Source of the DNA: Candidatus Sericytochromatia bacterium
Lineage (GTDB): Bacteria; Cyanobacteriota; Sericytochromatia; S15B-MN24; VGJW01
NCBI GenBank assembly: GCA_035285865.1
Contig: JAYKHS010000016.1
Span: 25,695 to 89,694 of the forward strand
Length of the DNA: 64,000 bases
Direction: 5' to 3'
Positions within the stretch are counted from its first letter, which is position 1; the number at the start of each line of letters is the position of its first letter. Position numbers and translations under genes: made by a program. The notes under the pieces are model-generated. The model had not been told where the DNA came from. It saw nothing but the letters and a program-made list of their open reading frames with translations, and made no database searches. Shown here piece by piece: positions 8,868 to 18,503 of the stretch.

Positions 8868-11231
8868 ATGCTCGGTTTTGGCGCACGAACGTTGTCGGCC
8901 CTTGACTGGGATACGCTGCGCGCGTGCCTCGCATCCGAGACGGAAGGCCCTGCCGCCCGTCAAGCAGCCCTCGCCACGATCCCGAGCGACGATGCCGGGC
9001 AAGTCCAGCGGCTGCTGGACCTCACGGAGGCACTTGCCGATGCACTGCGAGGATCGGGAGCAGACACGGGCGGACTCGACGACCCCGATGGGCTGATCCT
9101 GCGGGCCGAACAGGGCGGCAGCCTATCCGGCCCCGAACTGCGACGTCTGGCCCGATGGGCGGCTCTGGCGGAGGCATGGGCACTTCGCACCCGCAAGCAT
9201 CCGCGCCTCGCGGAGGCACTCGTCGCCATGGGTTGGTCCTGGCCCGACGTCGCCCCGGTTCGTGACCTCATCGAAGGCGTGGTAGCCGAAGACGGCACGC
9301 TCGAGGACACGGCATCCCCGGTCTTGGCCCCCCTGAGGGCCGAGGCGCTGGAACTGGGCCGGGCAGCCCGCAGGCGTGCCGAACAGTCCGCAAGACGACA
9401 CGCCGATGCCTTGGGCGAGGACCATGTTCTGTTGCGGCACGAGCGCTGGGTCCTGCCGATCCGGGCAGACCGACGCGGAGAAGTACCGGGCTTGGTGCTG
9501 GATCGCTCGGCCAGCGGTCGAACGCTGCACGTCGAGACGCCGGAACTGCTGCAGGCCAATGAGGCATGGGCTGCAGCAGACGCTGAGGTGCGGCGGGAGG
9601 AGGCCCGCATCCTCGAGGAGCTCGCCCGGAAGGTCGGCCAGTACGGTCCCGAGTTGCGGTCGGCAACGGCGATGCTGATCCGGATGGACCTCGCTCAGGC
9701 GCGCGTCCGCCTGGGGTGGCGCTGGCAAGGCCGTAGGCCCGAACCGGGCACATCTCCAGAGCTGCGGGACACATGCCATGCCCTGCTCCGCGAACGCCTC
9801 GGCGACCAGGCCGTGCCCATCGACCTGTTCCTGGGCACATCCGGTCTGCTGATCACGGGCCCCAATACCGGTGGAAAGACGGCCGCGCTCAAGACACTCG
9901 GTACGACCGTGCTGTTGCACCAGAGCGGCATCCTGCCGCCTGTGGGCCCGGGCACCCGCCTGCCGCACTTCCTCGGCATTCACGCGGAGATCGGCGATCC
10001 CCAGTCGCTCGACGGCGACCTCTCCACCTTCAGCGGGCACATCAAGGCCCTGTCCGGACTGCTGCCCCGCCTCCAGCCGGGCCATCTCGTGCTGCTGGAC
10101 GAGATTGGATCAGGCACCGACCCCGAGGAGGGTGCGGCGCTCGCCCGAGCCATCCTGGAGGCCGTGCTGGACTCGGGCGCCTGGGTGGTGGCCACCACCC
10201 ACCTCGGCCAACTCAAGACCCTGCCCTTCGAGGACCCGCGGCTCGGGCTCGCGACCACGCGGTTCGATCTGGACCGCATGGAACCCCGGTATCGACTGTC
10301 CCATGGCCAGCCGGGGGCCTCCCTCGGCATCGCCGTCGCCGGCCGCCTCGGCCTGTCCGCACGGGTGCTGGCGCGGGCTCGGGACTTGCACGAGCGCCGA
10401 CGTGACGACAAGGACCGACTCGTGGCGGAACTGGACCGCGCACGTGCCGAAGCCGAGGATCACGGACGCGCGCTTGCCGCCTCGCGCAAGGCCGCCGAGA
10501 CGATGCAGGCGGAGCTCGAGGCTCGCCTTGCCGGATGGCGCAAGGAGGAGCGGGAACTTCGCAGACGGGCCAAAGGAGCACTCGATGCCGAGCTGGAGGA
10601 AGCTCGGGCGGAAATCCGGGACGCCATCGCCGTGCTCAAGGGCCGGCCGACGGGTGCCGAGATTCAGCGCACCAAGGAGCGCCTCGAGCAGGCAGCGCGA
10701 GGACGTCTGGCCCCTCCTCCTCCGCCGCCGGCACCGGCACCGATGGAGGCTGGCCAGACCGTCTGGCTGGCCCGCCTCGATCGGTGGGCTACGGTGGTGC
10801 GTGCGCCCGACGAGCGCGGCACCCTCCAGGTCGATGCCGGGGGGCTGAAACTGACGGTCCGCATGCCTGAAGTCTCATCAGGCCCGGAGAAGGGAGCCCG
10901 CCCGCCTGGGGATGCGGCGAGGACTCAGCCGCCAACGCGCCGCCAAACGAGGCACGAATCCATCGAGGCGTGGGACCCGCCCCACGTCTCCCGAACGCTG
11001 GATCTGCGCGGCAAGCAGGTCCTCGAGGCCTTGCCGATCCTGGAGCGCTGGCTCGCCGGGGCGTGGCTCGCGGGACATGATGAGGTGACAGTCATCCACG
11101 GGCACGGGACCGGCGCCCTGCTTCAGGCCGTCCGCCAACACCTGCCTGGCCAACCCGGCGTCGCGCGCTGGCGTCCGGGCACGACGGGCGAGGGCAATGA
11201 CGGAGTGACGATCGTCACGTTCTTGTCATGA
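8868..11231 (+). CDS. mutS2: endonuclease MutS2
   Basis: GPNTGGKT Walker A, LDEIGSGTDPEEG, coiled coil, C-terminal Smr domain (LDLRG, IHGHGTG). Confidence 0.96.
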   Translation: MLGFGARTLSALDWDTLRACLASETEGPAARQAALATIPSDDAGQVQRLLDLTEALADALRGSGADTGGLDDPDGLILRAEQGGSLSGPELRRLARWAALAEAWALRTRKHPRLAEALVAMGWSWPDVAPVRDLIEGVVAEDGTLEDTASPVLAPLRAEALELGRAARRRAEQSARRHADALGEDHVLLRHERWVLPIRADRRGEVPGLVLDRSASGRTLHVETPELLQANEAWAAADAEVRREEARILEELARKVGQYGPELRSATAMLIRMDLAQARVRLGWRWQGRRPEPGTSPELRDTCHALLRERLGDQAVPIDLFLGTSGLLITGPNTGGKTAALKTLGTTVLLHQSGILPPVGPGTRLPHFLGIHAEIGDPQSLDGDLSTFSGHIKALSGLLPRLQPGHLVLLDEIGSGTDPEEGAALARAILEAVLDSGAWVVATTHLGQLKTLPFEDPRLGLATTRFDLDRMEPRYRLSHGQPGASLGIAVAGRLGLSARVLARARDLHERRRDDKDRLVAELDRARAEAEDHGRALAASRKAAETMQAELEARLAGWRKEERELRRRAKGALDAELEEARAEIRDAIAVLKGRPTGAEIQRTKERLEQAARGRLAPPPPPPAPAPMEAGQTVWLARLDRWATVVRAPDERGTLQVDAGGLKLTVRMPEVSSGPEKGARPPGDAARTQPPTRRQTRHESIEAWDPPHVSRTLDLRGKQVLEALPILERWLAGAWLAGHDEVTVIHGHGTGALLQAVRQHLPGQPGVARWRPGTTGEGNDGVTIVTFLS

Positions 11232-11267
11232 CGCCCTTTCCGCCGCGCCGAAGCCATTGCGGCGACT

Positions 11268-11378
11268 TGACTGCTCCATCAAATCAAAGTTAAATTCATC
11301 TTACTTGCTTCTTAAGTGCGCCTTAACGTCGATCTGCCATAGTGAGTCCATAGGTGTTTCTTAAGAAACTTTTAGAAT
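11268..11378 (+). promoter_or_regulatory. AT-rich control region: 11-bp-phased TTAA repeats, 14-bp palindrome, two -10 candidates
   Basis: TTAA/TTAC at 11290, 11301, 11312, 11323; CATAGT 11338; GTTTCTTAAGAAAC 11356-11369; TAGAAT 11373. Confidence 0.7.
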
Positions 11379-11425
11379 ACGTCGGAGAGCCCACCGTGCG
11401 GCTCACGGCGCCAGGAGATAAACCC

Positions 11426-12214
11426 ATGAACCCCAACTTCCACGGTTACGTCTGGCTCAGTCCGGAAGATGCATCCCGCCCCGAGCGCGTGACGGCGGCC
11501 CGCAGCACCCTCGAGGCCTATTGCGATGCCAACGGCATCAGACTTGCCGACATCGCGATCGAGACCGGTCATTTCGGTTCGGCACTCGAGCGTCCCATCC
11601 TCGCCGACCTGATCGCCGAGCCCAACACCGTGCTCGTTATGCCCAGCCTGAACAGCCTCGGCCGGCGCTTCCACGACGTCGCGACGGTGCTGTCCGAGTT
11701 CGCCCATCGTGAGGTCCGCCTGGTCTCCATCGCCGAAGGGGTCGACACCAGCAAGCCCGAAGGCATGCAGCTGATCCGGGTGCTGGTCCGCATTCCGCAA
11801 GTCGCCGGCTGGATCAAGCCCATCAAGACTCCGTCGGCCTCCAAGGTCTACGTCCGCGCCCGGGAAGTGCTCCACAACGGTGGCACCTGCCCCTTCGGCT
11901 ACACGCTCGACGAAAGCACCAACCAGTTTGTCATCAACGAGCGCGAGGCCCCCGTCGTCCAGCGCATCTTCCGCGAGCGAGCCGCCGGCCGCAGCCTGCG
12001 CCAGATCGCCGGGGACCTCAGCCGCGACGGTATCCCCACCAAGCGTGGCGGTCGCTGGCAGGCCAATACCGTCAAGACCATCTTGGAGAACATCTTCTAT
12101 ACCGGCGATTACCAGTGCCAGAACAAGGTCTTCGAGCGTGACCATGAGCCCATCATCGCGAAGGAGCTCTTCACCGAGGTCAACAACGGCAAGGCCGTCC
12201 TTCAGGTCGTCTGA
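11426..12214 (+). CDS. serine recombinase-family protein (resolvase plus recombinase domain) with degenerate active site
   Basis: YVWLS, SALERP, NSLGR, LVSIAEGVDT, then PFGY...VQRIF...RSLRQIA...WQANTVKTILEN...HEPII; AGGAG RBS. Confidence 0.88.
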   Translation: MNPNFHGYVWLSPEDASRPERVTAARSTLEAYCDANGIRLADIAIETGHFGSALERPILADLIAEPNTVLVMPSLNSLGRRFHDVATVLSEFAHREVRLVSIAEGVDTSKPEGMQLIRVLVRIPQVAGWIKPIKTPSASKVYVRAREVLHNGGTCPFGYTLDESTNQFVINEREAPVVQRIFRERAAGRSLRQIAGDLSRDGIPTKRGGRWQANTVKTILENIFYTGDYQCQNKVFERDHEPIIAKELFTEVNNGKAVLQVV

Positions 12215-12233
12215 GGCAGACCGTCCACGAAAC

Positions 12234-12273
12234 GCTATCGCCCGGGTTCCGCAAGCGGGACCCGGGCGATAGC
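12234..12273. terminator. long hairpin between convergent genes, probable bidirectional terminator
   Basis: GCTATCGCCCGGGTTCC-GCAAGC-GGGACCCGGGCGATAGC followed by TTT. Confidence 0.8.
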
Positions 12274-12285
12274 TTTGGGAAGGAA

Positions 12286-12837
12286 TCAAAGCAGCGGCTT
12301 GATGGCCTTCTTGAAGTTGGCGAGGATCTCCTCGTGCTCCTCGCCTGGAGGCCCGATCCACTTCTCACGGATCACGCCCTTGCGATCGATCAGGAAGGTC
12401 GTCGGAATCCCGCGGATCCCGCCGAAGCCGCGGGCGAGTTCCTCGTTACCCGCCAGCAGCGGATAGTTGAACCGTGTCCCCTGACGCTCGGCGAATTCCT
12501 TGGCGAAGATGGGCACCGCCACTTTGGGCTCGTCATCAAGCGATACGCCCAACACGGTAAAGCCCTTGCCCTTGAGATCCTGCTGCAGGCGGACGAGATC
12601 GGGGATCTCATGCCGACAAGGTGGGCACCACGTGGCCCAGAAGTTCAGGAGCACGACCTTGCCCTTCAATGAGGCCATGCTGATGCGCTTGGCGGCAGGC
12701 TTGCCCTCGACCGCGATCACGGGCAAATCGAAGGCCGGTGCCTGCTTGTAGGCGGCTCGAGCCGGCCCCGCCAGCGAGGGCACGAGCATCGCGGCCCCGA
12801 AGAAGGCCGCAAGCAGCCACGGACGGGCGACCATCAA
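12286..12837 (-). CDS. TlpA/ResA-family exported thioredoxin
   Basis: signal peptide, LLNFWATWCPPC, GIPTTFLID. Confidence 0.93.
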   Translation of the reverse strand: MMVARPWLLAAFFGAAMLVPSLAGPARAAYKQAPAFDLPVIAVEGKPAAKRISMASLKGKVVLLNFWATWCPPCRHEIPDLVRLQQDLKGKGFTVLGVSLDDEPKVAVPIFAKEFAERQGTRFNYPLLAGNEELARGFGGIRGIPTTFLIDRKGVIREKWIGPPGEEHEEILANFKKAIKPLL

Positions 12838-13220
12838 GCCTGGTCCTGGACGAAGGTGCAGAAGGTCTTGCCCAGCAGAACTTCATCTCCATCCTTGACG
12901 CCGACGGGTTGGCCGGGCAGGAGACGTGCGCCCCGATTGACGAACGTGCCGTTGAGCGACCCCAGATCCTCAAGGAAATAGGCGCCTTCCTCGACGAAGA
13001 ATCGCGCGTGCTTGCGCGAGATCTTGGCTTCGGGATCGTCCTCGGTCAGATCGATCTCGGGGAATGCCCCGCCGTCGGGATCCCAGCGGCCCACGTGGGT
13101 CTCGCCCTTGCGCTCGAGCTGGAAGGTCTGATTCACGCGACCGCCCCGCTTGATGATCAGTCGCGCAGGAGGCGCCGTAGAAGCGTTGTCGGTGGCCTGG
13201 GGCTGTTCGGCAAGGGTCAT
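12834..13220 (-). CDS. FHA-domain protein
   Basis: VGR...ISRKHA...DLGSLNGTFVN. Confidence 0.95.
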   Translation of the reverse strand: MTLAEQPQATDNASTAPPARLIIKRGGRVNQTFQLERKGETHVGRWDPDGGAFPEIDLTEDDPEAKISRKHARFFVEEGAYFLEDLGSLNGTFVNRGARLLPGQPVGVKDGDEVLLGKTFCTFVQDQA

Positions 13221-13302
13221 CTGGGTCGTCCTCCGGGAGCCATGCGTCGCGACGTTACCATCCTACCCTCCGGACGACGCCGCGCGTCCAGGGTTCCGTC
13301 AA

Positions 13303-14949
13303 CTACCGATACTCCGACATCTGCACCAGCACGACCGTGATGTTGTCCTCACCCCCGCGCTGATTCGCCAGATTCACCAGACGCTGAGCCGCGGCGACCG
13401 GGTCGATGGCGTCCGTGACAATCTGGTGCAGTTCGGGGTCGGTGACGTGGCCCGTCAGGCCATCGCTGCAGAGCAGCAACCAGTCCCCGGTACGCAGGGG
13501 TCGCTGATACAGATCGACCTCGACATTGGGATAGGTGCCCAGCGACCGGTAGATCAGGTTGCGCTGCGGATGCACGAGCGCTTCTTCAGGCGTGATCTGG
13601 CCGAGTTCGACCAGCCGTCCCACGAGGCTGTGATCCCTGGACACCTTCTCGATGCCCTGACGGTTGATCAGGTAACAGCACGAATCGCCGACGTGCGCGA
13701 CATAGACCGTATGCCCGAAGACCAGCGCCGTCGTCACCGTCGTCCCCATGCCCTGCATCGCGGGATTGGCCCGTCCGGTGTCGTAGACGCGGGCATTGGC
13801 CACTTTGACGGCCTGCTGCAGGTGCAGTTTGACTTGGGTCGAGGGATCCTCGCCATCGCCGAGCGACGCCAAGGCCTGCTGGACATAGCTCGTGACCTCG
13901 TCGACGGTGATCGCCGAAGCGACCTCGCCCGCGTTGACCCCACCCATGCCGTCCGCACAGATGTAGAGCCCAAGACCGCTGCTCTGACCCTGAGCCGTGA
14001 AGGTCAGCTCGAAGACACCGAGCGCATCCTCGTTTCCCGTGCGCAGCATGCCGACGTCCGAACACGTCCCTACCCTGCGAATCGGATTCTGGACCAGTTC
14101 GTGGATCTCGGCGCGCAGCTCGGCGCAGGACGAGAACCGGTCCAGCGGATCGATGGCGACAAGCTTGCGGACCAGCCGCTCGATGTGGGGGTGAATAGCC
14201 GGCAGGTAATGGCTGACATCGGTGAAGACGAACCGGTCCTCCTCCAACTGCCAGACGTCTTCGGGACTGACGGTGGTCAGCAACTGGTGCCAAATGGCCC
14301 CCAGGGCAAAGAGATCCGACCGCTCGGTGACGCGCCCCTCGAGAAAACCGAACTGTTCGGGTGGCGAGTAGCCCGGCGTGGCCTCGACCACCTTCTGGAC
14401 GGGGACCATCGTCGCCCGATGAAAGCCGGTCAGGCGCAACTGACCGCGATCGGGCGAAACGACCAGATAGCGCGGCTGCAGGTCCAGATGCAGGATTCCG
14501 GACGCATGCAGCTGCCCCATGGCATCGCAGATCTGGGCCACCCAGTCGATGGCCTGCTGGACCGGGATATCCTCGCCACTGGCGAGGAAGTAGGCGAGAT
14601 CGCGACCCTCGAGCTGCTCCAGCACCAGGTAGGCCCGATCTCCCTCACGAAAGAGGTCCAAGGCCTTCACGACAGCCGTGGAACGAACCGAACGGAGAAT
14701 CAGGAACTCATCCTGGAAGGGATGGCCCGCCGCGTCCTCGGCCCATTCGCTGTCCGCCAGTGCGTCAGGGACAGGCCCCGGTTGCACGGGACCACGCTCC
14801 TTCACGATCACCGGCAGGTCGGTCATCGTGTCGAGGGCCCGGTAGAGATTCGCCTCGTGCTTGGTCTCGAGGAAGCGCTCGATGCGATAGCGACCGCGCA
14901 GCATCACTGCAGGTTCCAGGGCGTCCGGAACGGCGCGTGACGGGCTCAT
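13303..14949 (-). CDS. kinase-like domain fused to PP2C/PPM Ser/Thr phosphatase
   Basis: N-terminal kinase fold (VKE, HLDLQP, GYSPPE, SDLFALG); C-terminal NED, ADGMGG, VGDS, CSDGL, EDNIT. Confidence 0.92.
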   Translation of the reverse strand: MSPSRAVPDALEPAVMLRGRYRIERFLETKHEANLYRALDTMTDLPVIVKERGPVQPGPVPDALADSEWAEDAAGHPFQDEFLILRSVRSTAVVKALDLFREGDRAYLVLEQLEGRDLAYFLASGEDIPVQQAIDWVAQICDAMGQLHASGILHLDLQPRYLVVSPDRGQLRLTGFHRATMVPVQKVVEATPGYSPPEQFGFLEGRVTERSDLFALGAIWHQLLTTVSPEDVWQLEEDRFVFTDVSHYLPAIHPHIERLVRKLVAIDPLDRFSSCAELRAEIHELVQNPIRRVGTCSDVGMLRTGNEDALGVFELTFTAQGQSSGLGLYICADGMGGVNAGEVASAITVDEVTSYVQQALASLGDGEDPSTQVKLHLQQAVKVANARVYDTGRANPAMQGMGTTVTTALVFGHTVYVAHVGDSCCYLINRQGIEKVSRDHSLVGRLVELGQITPEEALVHPQRNLIYRSLGTYPNVEVDLYQRPLRTGDWLLLCSDGLTGHVTDPELHQIVTDAIDPVAAAQRLVNLANQRGGEDNITVVLVQMSEYR

Positions 14950-16211
14950 GCCGCACCTCCCGTCGGCTGCCTGAGCAGCAACCAGGCCAGGAAGGCTCCG
15001 ATGGCCATCGACAAGGGGACAACGACGGCCAGAAACCAGGGCTGTTGCCAGAGTGCCCCGCCTCGCCCGTCCGCAAGATCAGCGAGTGCCGGATCCAGAT
15101 TCCGGGCCGTGAGCGCCTTGGCATGGATCTTGTCGTAGGTCGACGTGTGATGGGCCGCGATGTAGCCCCTGCAATTCGGGCAGAACTGACGCCCGCGCGA
15201 GATACGGGCACCGCAGTGGGGACAGTTCCGGACCGCGCCGGTCTCATGGCCCCCCAGCAGGATCAGTTCCGCGAGCAACTCGTCACACGTCTGGTAGCGT
15301 CGCTCCAGTTCGGGCTCGAGCATCTTGGTGATGATGTTCTCGAGTGCCTCGCTGACCTCGGCATTGAGCTGACGCACTGGCGGGAAGCTGAACGGAGCCT
15401 CGTTCTGGGGGTCCCGATTCGTCAGCAGGTAGTGCATCGTGGCACCCAGCGCGTAGATGTCGGTGCGTTGCTCGACCTGACCACGATACTGCTCGGGAGG
15501 GGCGTAGCCTTGGGTGCCGATCATCGTGCCCCGGGCCTGCGGGTTGAAGAATCGCGCGATGCCGAAGTCGACCAGGTAGATCTTGCCGAAGTGCGTCAGG
15601 ATCAAGTTGGCGGGCTTCATGTCCCTGTAGATGATGGGCGGCTTCTGGTGGTGCAGGTAGGACAGCACGTCGCAGCACTGGATGGCCCAGCCGATCACGC
15701 TCTTCTCATCGAAAGGCGCCATGCTCTCGTGCATCCGTTGCTCGAGGTCGGTGCCTTGGATGTACTCCATCACCAGATAGTGCCGATTGGCCTCGGTGAA
15801 GCGGTCGTAGACCTCAGGGATGGCGTTGTGGTCCAGGTTCGCGAGCAGATCCGCTTCGCGGTAGAAGTTCTGGGTCGCGATCTCGCGTTGCTCGGGATCC
15901 GTGAAATGGTCGAGCATCTCCTTGACGATGCAGACCTTGGAGCTGAAGCGCGTGTCGTTGGCAAGGTAGATGGCTCCCATGCCACCCTGCCCGACCAGCT
16001 GGGTGATGCGGTAGCGCTCCTGCAGCAGCGTGGAAGGTGCAAGCAGCGTGCTGGGCGGCGCATAGCCGGACGCCGGTTGGGTCACGGCGCCCATGGGCTG
16101 AGCCGTCACCGCCGCCTTGAGGGGTTTGCCGCAGTCGCAGCAGAACCGGTTTTCCTCATCGTTCGGCGTGTTGCAGGAAGGACAGTTGATCTGGGGCACG
16201 AGCTCAGGCAC
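14946..16211 (-). CDS. Hanks-type Ser/Thr protein kinase with zinc ribbons and C-terminal TM helix
   Basis: GQGGMG, YRDMKPAN, DFG, GTQGYAPPE; CxxC pairs at both ends; start uncertain (16199, 16211 or 16262). Confidence 0.95.
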   Translation of the reverse strand: MPELVPQINCPSCNTPNDEENRFCCDCGKPLKAAVTAQPMGAVTQPASGYAPPSTLLAPSTLLQERYRITQLVGQGGMGAIYLANDTRFSSKVCIVKEMLDHFTDPEQREIATQNFYREADLLANLDHNAIPEVYDRFTEANRHYLVMEYIQGTDLEQRMHESMAPFDEKSVIGWAIQCCDVLSYLHHQKPPIIYRDMKPANLILTHFGKIYLVDFGIARFFNPQARGTMIGTQGYAPPEQYRGQVEQRTDIYALGATMHYLLTNRDPQNEAPFSFPPVRQLNAEVSEALENIITKMLEPELERRYQTCDELLAELILLGGHETGAVRNCPHCGARISRGRQFCPNCRGYIAAHHTSTYDKIHAKALTARNLDPALADLADGRGGALWQQPWFLAVVVPLSMAIGAFLAWLLLRQPTGGAA

Positions 16212-16375
16212 GGAGTTCCGGACCCGGGCCTTGTACCACGGCGGTCGCCCGTTCAACCCCATCGGCCGGATGGGGCCTTGCCGCGAACCGGCGTGCCGAC
16301 CTTGCAGCCGCCACGAGGCCGCGTGCTGTCGACGCCCCCGGGCAGGTTCGAGCGGGCTGAGCGGGAGCGCCGGGC

Positions 16376-17377
16376 CTACTCCTCGCGGTTGGCGACTTTG
16401 TCCCCGACGTCCGTCGCGTTCTGAAGCTTGTCTGAAGCGCCCTTGAGCGCATCATCCACCCTGTTCGCTCCACGAAATGCGTCATCCGCCGACCCCGCGA
16501 GCCCCCCGGCCTGCCGCGCCGCGTCATCCACCGCACCGAGGGCCTTGTGTCCCACGGTCGCGAAATCGGAGACGGCATCGAGGGCCTTGCCAGTCTTGGT
16601 GGCGGCTCCGCCACCGCCTGTCCCCACCACGGAGACGACATCGAGCGCCAGCTTTCCCACGGCCTCGGCGTAGCGCCCCTGACGCCACGATTCGTTGTAA
16701 CTCGCGGTCAGCCCCTGTCCGACCGCCTTGAAGAATGCCTGGTCATCCTGCAGGGTCCGTACGGGGTCGAGCGCGTAGGCCATCGCTGCCCGGACATCGC
16801 CACCGGCCTGTTTCGCCCGGAAAACTTCCTGAGCAAGGCGCACCGGATTGGCCGGCACCGGCAGATGTGCGGCGAGGTCCACCAGGCCCAGCGCCGTCTT
16901 CTTGGGCGTGGCGGCAGCTGCAAGCAGGCCACCGACGTTGTTCCCGATCCCCTTCACGACCCCTTGGCTGAACTCGTTGAGCATCGTGGCATTCCGGACC
17001 TGACCCCGGACCACCGTACCTGCCACGCCCCCGACGACAGGCAGGCTACCGGCAAGCTTGACGGCCCGATCTCCGGCCTCTTTCAGGAAGCGCTCCTGGG
17101 TCGCCAGATATCCGTTGCCGAGCTTTCCGGCCTGGTCGAGGAGGTTCAGCACCGTCCGCTGCACGGGATTATGACGCTCCGGGGCAATGTCCCGACTCCG
17201 GGCCGCCTGCTGGTTACGCCGGACCTCCGCATGGGAGGCAAGGGCCGACGCTCGCGAGGCCTGTGCTTGCGACACGACACCGGACACGGTCTTCGCAGCA
17301 CGATCGACGGCAGGCTTGGCGGCCTTGGTGGTCTGTTTCCAGAGCCAACGTGCCTCGTTCAGCAGATTGATGCCCAC
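16376..17377 (-). CDS. hypothetical Ala/Gly-rich helical protein
   Basis: 333-aa ORF starting 1 nt after the TPR gene stop; amphipathic helices. Confidence 0.7.
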   Translation of the reverse strand: MGINLLNEARWLWKQTTKAAKPAVDRAAKTVSGVVSQAQASRASALASHAEVRRNQQAARSRDIAPERHNPVQRTVLNLLDQAGKLGNGYLATQERFLKEAGDRAVKLAGSLPVVGGVAGTVVRGQVRNATMLNEFSQGVVKGIGNNVGGLLAAAATPKKTALGLVDLAAHLPVPANPVRLAQEVFRAKQAGGDVRAAMAYALDPVRTLQDDQAFFKAVGQGLTASYNESWRQGRYAEAVGKLALDVVSVVGTGGGGAATKTGKALDAVSDFATVGHKALGAVDDAARQAGGLAGSADDAFRGANRVDDALKGASDKLQNATDVGDKVANREE

Positions 17378-17378
17378 G

Positions 17379-18431
17379 TCACGCCTCCCCCGACGGCCCG
17401 CTCCCGGCCGTCATCAGACTCATCCAGCGATCCAGCGATAGGCTTGCTTCTTCCACGCGATCCTGCCGGGCAAGTGCAGCGGCACGCAGCAGGACGGCAT
17501 CCTCGGAGTCCGGTGCCTCCATCAGCATCAGGTCGGCATGCCTCTGGCTCTCCACGGCATCGTCCCGACGGTGGGCAACCAGGGCCAACAGACGATGCGC
17601 CTCGAGGTGGTGAGGGTCCAAAGCCGTACCCAGACGCAAACTGGCTTCGGCAGCCTCGATCTGGCCGATGTTCCACGCCAGCATGCCCAGTTGCACCCAG
17701 GGTTCCGCCCACTCGGGCTGCAGTTCGGCTGCCCGCTCATGGGCCTGCACCGTCGCCGACCAATCACCCGATGCCGACTCCAGCTGCCCCACGCACAACC
17801 AGGTCCGGGCATCCTCAGGCGCTTCGGCCACCAAGGCCTCGAGGAGCACCCGAGCCTCGACCAGATGGCCTTCCTGCAGCATCAGCAGGGCGAGGGATTG
17901 CCGAGACAGGGCATCGTCGGCCTGCAGGCCGATCGCTGTCTCGAAAGCACCCCGCGCGCCCGCCCGATCGCCAAGTTGCCAGCGCAGCTGTCCGAGGGCC
18001 GACCACGCAGGAGCCGCACCGGGCTCGCAGGAGACCGCCTCCTGCAAGGCCTCGACGGCTTCGGCAACGTGTCCCTCTTCGGCTTGCAGCAGACCGAGCA
18101 AGTACCATCCACGCGCAACCCTGCGGTCCCGCTCCAGCACCTGCACGTAGAGGTCCCGCGCCTCAGCGGCCCGGCCACCCTCCTGCAAGGTGAGAGCACA
18201 GGCAAGCCCCAGCCCCATAAGGTCCGAGTCGTCGCCACCGGCAGCCGACCAGAACGCCAACGCCTGCTCCAGGTCGCCCTCGCGCAGACGTTGCCAGGCT
18301 TCATCCACGGTATCCGGTGGCGATGCGCCTTCGGCCACGTGCCCATGCGACGCATCCTGCAGGGCGGCAAGACCGCGCAAGGCCCGCCAATCCTCGCCCA
18401 TGGCCTCGAAATCCACGCCCAGACCCCACAT
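17379..18431 (-). CDS. tetratricopeptide-repeat protein
   Basis: repeated W-x-x-L-G ... A ... P TPR pattern. Confidence 0.85.
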   Translation of the reverse strand: MWGLGVDFEAMGEDWRALRGLAALQDASHGHVAEGASPPDTVDEAWQRLREGDLEQALAFWSAAGGDDSDLMGLGLACALTLQEGGRAAEARDLYVQVLERDRRVARGWYLLGLLQAEEGHVAEAVEALQEAVSCEPGAAPAWSALGQLRWQLGDRAGARGAFETAIGLQADDALSRQSLALLMLQEGHLVEARVLLEALVAEAPEDARTWLCVGQLESASGDWSATVQAHERAAELQPEWAEPWVQLGMLAWNIGQIEAAEASLRLGTALDPHHLEAHRLLALVAHRRDDAVESQRHADLMLMEAPDSEDAVLLRAAALARQDRVEEASLSLDRWMSLMTAGSGPSGEA

Positions 18432-18503
18432 GCACGCCTTGACCTTCCAGCAGTGCCATACCCACGAAAGGACGGACGGCCACGGAACAGAAACGCCCGG
18501 AGC

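Noticed and set aside
11268..11295. dif site (GTTAAAT resembles the XerD arm)
   Set aside because: The left arm has no similarity to a XerC arm and the TTAT core is missing.
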